From Craspedostauros australis (lineage: Eukaryota): a stretch of 42,607 bases of DNA. A model generated the notes under the pieces. It did not search any database and had not been told where the DNA came from. It was given only the letters and a program-made list of their open reading frames with translations. Where the stretch lies: NCBI GenBank assembly GCA_030167865.1, contig JALAGF010006072.1:1-42607 (forward strand), in the 5' to 3' direction. Every line of letters starts with the position of its first letter. Position 1 is the stretch's first letter. Of this stretch, positions 1-9,303 are shown piece by piece. The position numbers were made by a program, and so were the translations under genes.

Positions 1-379
1 TGCAGTCACTGAGTATGATTAGTTTGCAACTAGACACATAGAATAACCAAGGAAGGCCTCCCCTATCACGTAATGGCGCTTTTGGTGCCATTAATATTAT
101 AGTTATCTCTACAGAGGGTGTCTAAATTTGCGTGATTAGCCTTAGTTCTAGCAAAAATGTCAATAACGGTTGTAACATGTCAGACATACATCATACTGAT
201 GTATGATGTTTGTCGGCTGATTGCATACTGACGTCGGATGTNNNTNNGCTTGCTGTGCATGCTGGTCCGACCAACGTCGTACGACGTCGACTGGACCTCA
301 TAGCGACGTGACTGTTTGCCACAACAACGCACTTGTGTCTGTCTTGTGCGGAAACATGCCTGCATACACAACATCAACG

Positions 380-920
380 AAGCAACGATGTTCATCATCC
401 TCGTGCCAACAAACGAGCTGCCCTTGCGTGAGACATGTCCGTTCTGTTGCTCACCAAAGAAGCACAACAGTTAACCATCCACATCTCGCCATCACTGCAG
501 CGGAGGATTCGCCACTCACAAGGTCGAGCAGAAACTGGCATTCTCTTGCGGTTTGATATTCGATGGCAGTCATGGCAAACCAACAGAAGTAAAAGTGCTT
601 TATCTTTACGACCATTTAGTTTTTTGTTTTCTATCAATAGTCATAGGTCAGCAGTGGTGGGCGACCCCTGTTTGCGCAGGTCATTTGGGCGCGGAACGGA
701 GGCAGCCCAACAAGAGCGGAACTGCGCACGTGTCTGTGTACTGGGCGCTATCAAACCAACACCAGAAATGGGATTCGTGCAACATCTATCATCCACGACA
801 TCACAAGCAACATCGATTTCCAGACAGATGTATCACCAGGCAACTACATTTGCAGCACGACTGCGAACGACCACGAGCAACACTCCTCTCTCCAACAATG
901 CTGTACTCTAGACACGATTA
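380..920 (+). mobile_element. Degenerate 3' fragment of a non-LTR (LINE-like) retrotransposon ORF (CCHC zinc-knuckle and C-terminal region)
   Basis: Motifs occur in the expected order across frameshifts: LVPTN...ETCPFCC (388-450), TVNH (467-478), RSSRNW, QQWW...GHLGAERRQ (649-705), HQKWDSCNIYH (760-792; TGC could be a CpG-decayed CGC, giving W..RN...H), and RQMYHQ...NTPL (822-890). The consensus is recalled, not computed. Confidence 0.6.
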
Positions 921-1183
921 ATAGTATTCTGGTGAAGCGCAGTCATCTCACGAGACACNGCGATGAACACGACAGCAGGCTGGTTCCTTCGCAACCACTT
1001 TTGTGTGCTTTGCAGTTCTCGGTCGCACAAGATGTTCCGCTCGCAGGTGTCGTTGTTGCCTGTTTACATGGACAACTGCGCTTCCGCAGATGATAGTGAC
1101 ATGACAGTCACAGTGACATTCCCCCAACCACTGATGCAATGGCTGTTGTGTGGTTCACTCAAACATCATACAAGCATTGTTCG

Positions 1184-1233
1184 NNNNNNNNNNNNNNNNN
1201 NNNNNNNNNNNNNNNNNNNNNNNNNNNNNNNNN
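1184..1233. other. Assembly gap (50 N)
   Basis: Run of N; isolated Ns also occur near 242-247 and at 959. Confidence 0.99.
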
Positions 1234-2127
1234 CTTGACATTTCCTCTATGTTGTGTCAAGACATTTTTGGTCCGGCAAAACCACGGTCCGATTGTATGA
1301 CGTTTTGTGTTTCACTTTACTTGCTTGTGTTGGATTGATTCTGGTACAACATCATTCTACGCAATCATTGGTGCGGTGGCAATGTGAGTTCCCTCAGACA
1401 TAGTACAGTTGGCCACACAGAGAACTCCTATCAATCAACGCATCGGATGATGATGGTGCTGTTGATGTTGTGGCGGAAATCATGAAACACATCCTACTTT
1501 GGTCAGCAGTTCGAAACCAAGGATCTCCTCTCGAACAGATATTCATCGAACGTACTAACGGACATGATGTAGGACCAACATTGGATGACGCCGAAATACA
1601 CGATGTCCGACATGCGCCCAACTGCTAACCAAAGTACGATCAAAGTGAATCCAAAATCGAACAATGCGGCATAATGTCCGATAAAATGTCTAATATCGCA
1701 ACTGTTGTGCGTCCTCCTTGGTGGGCTGTTTGGGTCCTTGTCGTGATTGTGGCGCTGAGTTTGGGTCTTGGTTGGGCGCATGATGGTCTTCCTGTGCGGA
1801 TGCATCCGCACCTGTGAAGTATGCACACATCGAGAAACGGAGTGTGTCTTGCTGGCAAGGACGAAGACGAAGACGAAGTGCCTTTGCCACAGGCTCTCCT
1901 TCGCTCACCTCGACGGCTGACTACGATCAATTGGTTCAGGACAGATCACAGGAGAGCCCCATACGAGTGCGACAGAGCACACGACAGAGCAATACAGCAA
2001 GCACGCAATCATCCAAGCGCATACTACGCTGCTCCTGCATTCAGGATTGACAAAGCCGGGATACCGCAAATAAAGGGCGCAATCAATACTTTGCGTACGC
2101 GTAACCAGGAGCAGGAGCAGGAGCAGG

Positions 2128-5100
2128 ATGAACCATTCCGGAGGACCGAAAGCTGCGTCCAACCAAGGATCTGCGACGAACGGAAGCGCCCGCGTTTCGC
2201 CAAAACCGAGTGGGAGCAAGGGGAGATCCTTGATGATCGCCGCCAACGACATGGTGCCAGAGGCACCTGTCACTGCGGGTGGAAGCATGAATGGTGCGGG
2301 TCCTACCGCTGCTTCTGCGACTGCGGGGTCCACAGGAGGAGGCGGAGGTGGCAACCGCCGGACTTCTGCGATCTCCAAAAAGAGCAGAAAGGGCGAGTGC
2401 GCAACGTGCGGGATGAGGACCCACAAGATCGGTCTCTTCGGCAAGAAGACAGAGCTCACCATCGAAGGATACGTGTACCGTGGTCAGTGTTTGCAGTGCA
2501 ACCCAATCGAAGGCTACCAAGGTGGATCATCGGCCAGAGGATCCACGAATCGCAACTCGCGGAGGTCGTCGATGGGCAGAAAGACGCATGCCAGCAATGA
2601 AACTCCCACCATGCGTTCATCACAGCAACAGCAACTCGCGAATCAAATGCCACCACATCCGAACCGCATGCAGCAACAGCAGCAGTCATCGAGCGGCATG
2701 CCAACGACTCTTCACCAATCCAGGCCTCACACGATGCAAAACCAAATGCCTCCCATGAATCTCCAGCAAGGAATGAGCCCGCATCCTGCATATCCGCAAG
2801 TATACAGCCAGGTCCCACCCATGCATTCCAATCGTCAGCAACAGCAAGGGCAGATGCTCACATCTCCGTCGTCCAACATGGTCATCCCGCGCACGCTTGA
2901 CTTGGGCTGCGACGATGACGATGGTCTCAGCGTTGTCAGCGGCATCACCATGGACATGAGGCTGATCCAAGGCGCGCGCAATTGGAACGGAACGACGGCG
3001 TACGAGGAAGTAGACGACGATCCTCGCGGTCGCGCCCATCATCACGGCATGCACGCGAAGCCAGCGCACAACCCCATGCTGCATGTTGACAGCGATGAGG
3101 AGGATGCGGGCGCTCCGCCACTCACCGGCGGCCGCCGCCCGGGCGCAGATGATATGTACGAGGGTTCGCGCCCAGACTATGGTGTGCTGCCCGGCGCGAC
3201 GAGGCCTGTAGCGCGCCACACACCGGATGGTGCTGCCGGCGTTGCTGCATCTGGTGCCGCATACTACGATAGACGCGCCATGGGCGGCGGCGGTGGTATC
3301 GCTGGCGGAGGACGTGGTGGAAATGAGTATTTCGAGCCACAAATGCCGCAAATCAAGGAGGGCGGCGGCAGAGGATACGGAAGTGGGCGCGGAGGTGGGG
3401 GAGGGCCCTTCGGACCTGTGGCAGGGCTCGATGCAGACGGATATCCCGTTGCTGACTCTGGCTACGGTTGGAATAAACATAATGACTTGCTACCCCCCGG
3501 CACCACAATGGACTCGTTGTTGCAGTCCAATGCAACGAAATCCTCAAAGAGGCACCCGCCGGGTCAGCGTGGCGGCGGCTCCGCATCACGGCCACCTCGG
3601 AATGCATCTGCAGAAATCGTCTTCGACGGGAGCGGCGAGATCCTCTTCGATCCAAAGGGAGCATCGGCTGGTGGTGCTCAGTACGGTGCAATGCAAAGGC
3701 AGTCAGTGGCTGGAGGAGTGAGATCATCGGCGCGACCGCGCTCCCCCAAGCTCCCACCTTCGTCGCCTGTCAATGCACGACCGCCGCTCTTCATGGCAAC
3801 CCCATCCCAGCTGATTGGTCGAATGTCCGCAATCAACCCTGTGATGATCCAGAATTCAGATCCATTCGGAGCCAACGACGATGAAGAGCAAGAGGAGGCG
3901 CAGGAAATACCTCTGCATCATCTCGCAATGGGTGGCCACGGTGAGGGTGGCGCTGGCGGTGGCGCTGGGATGCTACCAACCAATCCCATGCCCTCATCTT
4001 CCGGCACTTACGGAATGCAAGCCGCGGGGATGTCGTCCCCGCAACATCGAACGTCCCAGAGGCCTGGCTCCTACCAGCTCGGTCCGAATTCAGGCCACTC
4101 AGGCGAGTTGGGGATGGCAACACGACTCACCCACTCAAAATCGAGCACGTACGGTGCGGGTGGCAAGGATCCAGCCCTCATCGTACCGCCGCGTCTTGCT
4201 ATGAGCCAATCCAACGGTTACACTGCGTCGCATACCGATGGTTCTCCACCAAGAGACCAATGGACGAACACCTTGCCACACTCATCTGTGATCGGCAACC
4301 ATCCTCCGCCGATGCAAGATAACGGTCATGGAATTCCTCCGCAAGCTGGCCGTCGGCCTCTCATTCCTCACCAGCATTCTGGTCCCATAGTGGACGACGG
4401 TCATCATCATCATCATCATCAGCATCATGATGGCATGTATCAGCAGGAGATGAGCGCAGGAGAAGCCGCAGCGTATCAACAAGCTGCCCTTTCCCATGCG
4501 CAGTTTCAAGACAATGGAGAGGACGGCATCCACAGCCAACATGGCCACGACGTCGTTGGAAGCACGAATGGACAATCGAAAAGCACAAACAGCGGTGGTG
4601 GCAAGCCCAAGGCATACGATCGTGAACAGCTATCGCAAATGCAGATGCAAGTGCACATGAAGCATCCCCCACAGGATTATGGCAAGAAAGCATCACACGT
4701 GTCGATGTATTCGACTTCGACTGCGCCGCCACTGAGGCATCCAAACCTCCGAGGTCTCCCAGATGAGACTATTCTCGTGGATCCCAGCATGGTACATGGC
4801 GATGGCGATGTCGCAGATGCCCCTTTTCACTCCGCGCAGCTACGTGAACCACATGCATCATTGCCTGCCACAGCGGTGATGTCAGCAGTCGCAGCAGCAT
4901 CCGCATCAGCCGTCATGGCCGAACCAGAAACCGCCAATGCAGCAAGCGCAATTCCCATATCGATGTTGCCAGACATGAACGATGAGTCTGTCAAAGAAAT
5001 GGCACGTCGACTGGCAGAAGTACCATCGGACGGGGACAAACAACAGGCACTGTCGATCAACATCAAAGGTGGTGGCGGCGATGGCGATGACGATGACGAT

Positions 5101-7275
5101 GACGATGACGATGTTGATGCGCAGGACCAGAACACAGCAGACGACATCCCTGCCATCTTGCAATGCGCAAACTTGCCCGATGCCGAGCCGTATCTCCGTG
5201 AGAGGGCTTTCGCCAAGGTGGCGCAGATCATTTGGAGGCTCGGAGATGATGCCAAACGAAAGATTGCTGAATACCAAGGCATCGAGACTCTGGTCAATGC
5301 GATGTGGTCGGACATCGGCAATGCCAACATCCAGGCAGCTGCAGCCAACATGCTACTCGCTGTTGTGTCCTCGACGAATTCTGTTTCATCCGGCGACTTT
5401 CTGTCCACGCAGGCCTCAGAATCGGCGTGCGATGCCTTGCTGTTCAGCATGAGGACGCACGAAGGCAACGTGGGGATCCAACTGGCGGGATGCTGCGTGC
5501 TATCCTGCTTGGCTGCCACATCTGGTGCAAATAGATCTGTGACTGACGGGACCTTGGCCGGCGCCGTTTCCATGGTCGCCGATGCCATGTTCACTCATCA
5601 ACAATCCATCGTCATCCAGAAGGCCGGCGTGCATGCACTGTACAACCAATGTGTGCTGTCCAACAACGCAGAGGGAAACAAGCGACGTTTGCTTGAAACC
5701 AAGGTGGACAATGGCAGCCACTCCAGCTTGGATGTGATGGTGAACACCATGAGGACCCTGCAAGGCGAGCTGGCGTCGCTGGAGCTGGTGTGCAAGCTGT
5801 GTTGGAGCCTGGGTTCGAACGAAGAGCTGTGCAAGACATTGTCAACGTCGTCCACGATTCTAAATCAGATCGTCGACACAGCCCAGAGCTATCATATAAA
5901 TCCAGAAGCCGGCGCGCTCTACGAATCAATATTCGGCCTCCTTGGCAACATGGCGCATCTCGAGCAGAACAGATCTGCCATCCAGGAGGTCGGTGCGATT
6001 CAATTCATTCTGGATGGGATGCGGTTCCATCGGAATGACGCCACAGTGAATCTGGAAGCCTGCGCGGCGCTGGGAAACCTCTCTAACAGCAGGTTGATTC
6101 GTGATGCCATCGTGAAAGCGGGTGGCGTCGGAGCTGTGATCCGTGCCATGCAGGCATTCATCAGGGACGCGCAGGTTGTGGAGGAGGCCATCCGGGCGCT
6201 CGTGTGCATTGCGATCGATGCGGACGATGCGACCAAGGAGATCCTGGCCATGCCGCAAGTCATCCAGTCAATCTCTCGTGCCAGCGAAGAGCACGGCGAA
6301 ACTGGCGCGATCCAGGAAATGTGCTCCTCGCTGATCGCATCTCTCATCCTGAGCCCCGAGTGCGAGCGATCCATCGTTGAGAACGGCGCCATCGATGTGG
6401 TCCTTCGTTCCTTGGGATCCAGCCCCGACGAGAAGGTGCAAGCTGCCGCCTGCATCGCCTTTCGCAATTTGGCCTGCCGGATGGAAGACTCTGATGTTCT
6501 GCTGCAGAACAAGTCCATCCGGTTGCTGATCAAGGCGATGGAGGCGAACGAAGGCTCCGTCGCTGTCCAGCTGAATGCCTGCTCAACGCTGTGGTACCTG
6601 GCGCACAAAACGAGACAGCAACCTGGCGAGATTGTCGACCAGCAGGGCGTGAGATGCATCGTGAAGGCGATGCAAGGCCACATGGAGTCCGGGGAGCTGC
6701 TGGAGACTGCGTGCGGCGCGCTGTGGAGTCTGGTGGACGAATCGATGGACAGGAAGAAGGACGTGGTGGCGAGCGGCGCCATCGACGCCGTGACGTGCGC
6801 CCTGGTGATGCACCCCGACCGAACGGGGACTCTGGAGAAGGCATGCGGCGTCCTGTCGAACGTGAGCGAAGGCCCTCTCGCAGAGGCCATAGCGAATGCG
6901 CAGGGCGTGAGCATCGTGGTGGAGGCCATGCGGAGCAACTTCCAGTGCGCCCCGCTTTTGGAAACGGGGTGCGTGGTCCTCCGCAACATCCTGGTCCAGT
7001 TCCCCGACTTTTCGAGCGAGGCCGAGGGCGCCATTTCCACGATCATCAACGCCATGCGCGATCATCCGAAGGAGGTGGATTTCCAACGCGAGGCCTGCAA
7101 CGCTCTGTGGGTGATGGCGGCGCAATCGGAGAACTGCCAGGCGAAGATCCTTGCCCTGGACGGCGTGACGGTGCTGATGAAATCGCTGGGTCACAACAAC
7201 GAGATCCCAAAGGTCCAAAAAGCGGCATGGGGCGCCTTCAACCAGCTGGCGGTGGATCCCATGAATTTTACATAG
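2128..7275 (+). CDS. Armadillo (ARM)-repeat protein, 1715 aa, with an N-terminal CxxC-x(26)-CxxC module and a long disordered linker
   Basis: Uninterrupted 5.1 kb ORF. The C-terminal ~700 aa has ~42-aa helical repeats such as GAIQFILDGMRFH...NLEACAALGNLS, GGVGAVIRAMQAF, QGVRCIVKAMQGH...LETACGALWSL and QREACNALWVMA. The N-terminal ~1000 aa is G/P/Q/S/H-rich. Confidence 0.9.
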   Translation: MNHSGGPKAASNQGSATNGSARVSPKPSGSKGRSLMIAANDMVPEAPVTAGGSMNGAGPTAASATAGSTGGGGGGNRRTSAISKKSRKGECATCGMRTHKIGLFGKKTELTIEGYVYRGQCLQCNPIEGYQGGSSARGSTNRNSRRSSMGRKTHASNETPTMRSSQQQQLANQMPPHPNRMQQQQQSSSGMPTTLHQSRPHTMQNQMPPMNLQQGMSPHPAYPQVYSQVPPMHSNRQQQQGQMLTSPSSNMVIPRTLDLGCDDDDGLSVVSGITMDMRLIQGARNWNGTTAYEEVDDDPRGRAHHHGMHAKPAHNPMLHVDSDEEDAGAPPLTGGRRPGADDMYEGSRPDYGVLPGATRPVARHTPDGAAGVAASGAAYYDRRAMGGGGGIAGGGRGGNEYFEPQMPQIKEGGGRGYGSGRGGGGGPFGPVAGLDADGYPVADSGYGWNKHNDLLPPGTTMDSLLQSNATKSSKRHPPGQRGGGSASRPPRNASAEIVFDGSGEILFDPKGASAGGAQYGAMQRQSVAGGVRSSARPRSPKLPPSSPVNARPPLFMATPSQLIGRMSAINPVMIQNSDPFGANDDEEQEEAQEIPLHHLAMGGHGEGGAGGGAGMLPTNPMPSSSGTYGMQAAGMSSPQHRTSQRPGSYQLGPNSGHSGELGMATRLTHSKSSTYGAGGKDPALIVPPRLAMSQSNGYTASHTDGSPPRDQWTNTLPHSSVIGNHPPPMQDNGHGIPPQAGRRPLIPHQHSGPIVDDGHHHHHHQHHDGMYQQEMSAGEAAAYQQAALSHAQFQDNGEDGIHSQHGHDVVGSTNGQSKSTNSGGGKPKAYDREQLSQMQMQVHMKHPPQDYGKKASHVSMYSTSTAPPLRHPNLRGLPDETILVDPSMVHGDGDVADAPFHSAQLREPHASLPATAVMSAVAAASASAVMAEPETANAASAIPISMLPDMNDESVKEMARRLAEVPSDGDKQQALSINIKGGGGDGDDDDDDDDDVDAQDQNTADDIPAILQCANLPDAEPYLRERAFAKVAQIIWRLGDDAKRKIAEYQGIETLVNAMWSDIGNANIQAAAANMLLAVVSSTNSVSSGDFLSTQASESACDALLFSMRTHEGNVGIQLAGCCVLSCLAATSGANRSVTDGTLAGAVSMVADAMFTHQQSIVIQKAGVHALYNQCVLSNNAEGNKRRLLETKVDNGSHSSLDVMVNTMRTLQGELASLELVCKLCWSLGSNEELCKTLSTSSTILNQIVDTAQSYHINPEAGALYESIFGLLGNMAHLEQNRSAIQEVGAIQFILDGMRFHRNDATVNLEACAALGNLSNSRLIRDAIVKAGGVGAVIRAMQAFIRDAQVVEEAIRALVCIAIDADDATKEILAMPQVIQSISRASEEHGETGAIQEMCSSLIASLILSPECERSIVENGAIDVVLRSLGSSPDEKVQAAACIAFRNLACRMEDSDVLLQNKSIRLLIKAMEANEGSVAVQLNACSTLWYLAHKTRQQPGEIVDQQGVRCIVKAMQGHMESGELLETACGALWSLVDESMDRKKDVVASGAIDAVTCALVMHPDRTGTLEKACGVLSNVSEGPLAEAIANAQGVSIVVEAMRSNFQCAPLLETGCVVLRNILVQFPDFSSEAEGAISTIINAMRDHPKEVDFQREACNALWVMAAQSENCQAKILALDGVTVLMKSLGHNNEIPKVQKAAWGAFNQLAVDPMNFT

Positions 7276-7340
7276 AGTAGGTCGTACTATACGTATGTAG
7301 TCGCGGAGCACATCAGAGGATAAACGAGTAGTCGGACAAC

Positions 7341-7640
7341 GATGATTCCATATGCTTGTGTGAGGATGCAGTCGTCAACAACATCAAGCAGCATGGTGGT
7401 GTATTGTGCTACAATGCGATGTGATGGACCAACGTATAATAGGTACTCACAGAGTACATTATGGAGTGTGTCGAGGAGTATTGGTATGTGCACCTCCCAA
7501 CTAGTCGTAGTTGTGCCATACCAACCTCCGCCAAGGAGAATGGCGCGCAGTTGGAGACAGACCCTGTGCATTCGCTCTCTATGGCCAGAGCCTTGGATGT
7601 TGCCAAGCGACAAGGCTTCTGGCCCACTCTGCACATGTGA
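7341..7640 (+). mobile_element. Possible degenerate LINE-like 3' fragment or pseudogenic remnant
   Basis: CpG-poor patch. Fragments *WTNV, TLWSVSRSI and IRSLWPEPWMLPSDKA in shifting frames resemble the RW...LW...W...IR.LY...LP.D pattern seen in the other relics. Weak. Confidence 0.3.
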
Positions 7641-9303
7641 CGTCGGACCTCGCTATCCTTCTCTGCACTTTGTATAGAGTACTCGTGGTAGGACTCTCTC
7701 CCTCCCTCTCTATCGGTCTGTCTAGACAGAGATGGAAAGCAACGTGTGGACTTCGATGAATCACCAAATTTGTCGCCAAAACTCCGTCCGTTGTTGTGTG
7801 TTTGGGGTTTGGCCCAAGAGGATTTCTTTGGAATGACACGCGCGCAACCAGTGACGCCAATGACTCGTTGGCAACAAACAGTTCTTGTTCGTGCGGAGGA
7901 CAGACGAGGTCATGGAAAACAGCCTATCAAAGTATCAAAATCAGCACGCTGACAAATCCAAGACTTCCCGACCAAAAGGGAAAGGGACAAAAGATTGCGC
8001 GAGGTTTTGTCGCAAGTCGTGCGTTTGTCTGTGTGGTGGGTGTTGCGTGCGCTGATGAGGCCCAACAGCGACGTAATACGAGGACCGCGAGCTCGCGCAG
8101 GAGCTCGAGACAAGGGCAGAAATAGAAGTACGCTGCGAGCGATTGTTCAGAAACCGTGGAGGTGGGTGAGAGAAAGTGGAAAACGAGGAAGGAACTTGTC
8201 TTTGTGTGTGTGTGAGTGAGTCGCGCACTTGTCCACATGATGGCGGGAAGGGAGCCTCGTGGCAAAGCTCGACAAAGACCGCCGCGTGGTTGCCTCACCC
8301 GCATCGATGGCACCAGCGCCTTCTTGTGCTTGTGGTCGTGGTCGTCCTGGTATGGTTACTGTCCAGCAGTGGCGCCAACGAAACCAACAACAGAGAGCGA
8401 GAGCGAGAGAGAGATAGAGAGACCAACACGGGTCGCAGGATTAGTCGCAGCACCAGCCCTGACCTCAGCCCCAACGTCAGACAGAGAAGGTATCAGCACC
8501 GCCATAGCTGCATCCATCCCGACAACCAAGTCATTGCAATCAATTCCAAACAGGAGGCGGCGGCATTCCCGAAGATAGACAAGGAGCAAGGAGAGCAAGC
8601 AAGGAGAGCAAGCAGACCAGCCAGCAAGACAAGCGAGGCCCCGAGCAGCGACAGAGCGACATCGCCGTCCTCGTCCTCCTTCCCGCGCCACACATCAACA
8701 AAGGGAGAACAACTGGATTCGCGCCCAGCATCACGCGGAATATCACAGACACAAAGCATAAACCACAAAGCAACAAGCAACAAGCAACAAGCATAAAGCC
8801 ATCCGCTCCACTCCTCTGCTGCTATCAGAGGGCATTGCGCATTGAGCAACGTCGTGCTCAGCTTGTGCCCAACGTTGTGCCCAACCTGTGCTCGGAACCA
8901 CAGAGGGTCGGACTCTGCTCTGGATCTGACTGGATTGGGACGAACCGACGCAGACAATACTCCACTCTGCTCTGCTGTTCCTCCGAGCCAATCATCCAAG
9001 GCACGCAGCACGCAGCACTGAGCACTGAACACGCAGCAGTCCGTGAGAGTACTGCAAGCGATCGCAATCACAAGCACCAACACGAAGCTCTTCTTGCACA
9101 CCCCGACGAAGCGTGAAGCGACACCACGTCACCAAAGCTGAGCTCAATTCAATCGATCTCAATCATTGATCTCAATCATTGCGCTGGGCTGAGCTGAGCT
9201 GATCTTATCGATCTGAGAGAGCAGAGGCTCACGTACAAGCACGCCAACCATCTCGGACGCGGCAATCGAAGAGCGGAGCAGCCAGCCCCATCTGATCGAT
9301 GCA

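Noticed and set aside
1821..2600. 259-aa ORF overlapping the start of the ARM gene
   Set aside because: Alternative frame of the leader and N-terminal GC-rich sequence, with no recognisable motifs.
6000..7311. Long antisense and alternate-frame ORFs (351, 242, 229 aa)
   Set aside because: Shadow ORFs caused by high GC3 in the ARM coding region.
8176..9116. 206-aa ORF and neighbours upstream of the 2275-aa gene
   Set aside because: Built from GA/CA-rich simple sequence with a non-ATG start; more likely promoter or long 5' leader.
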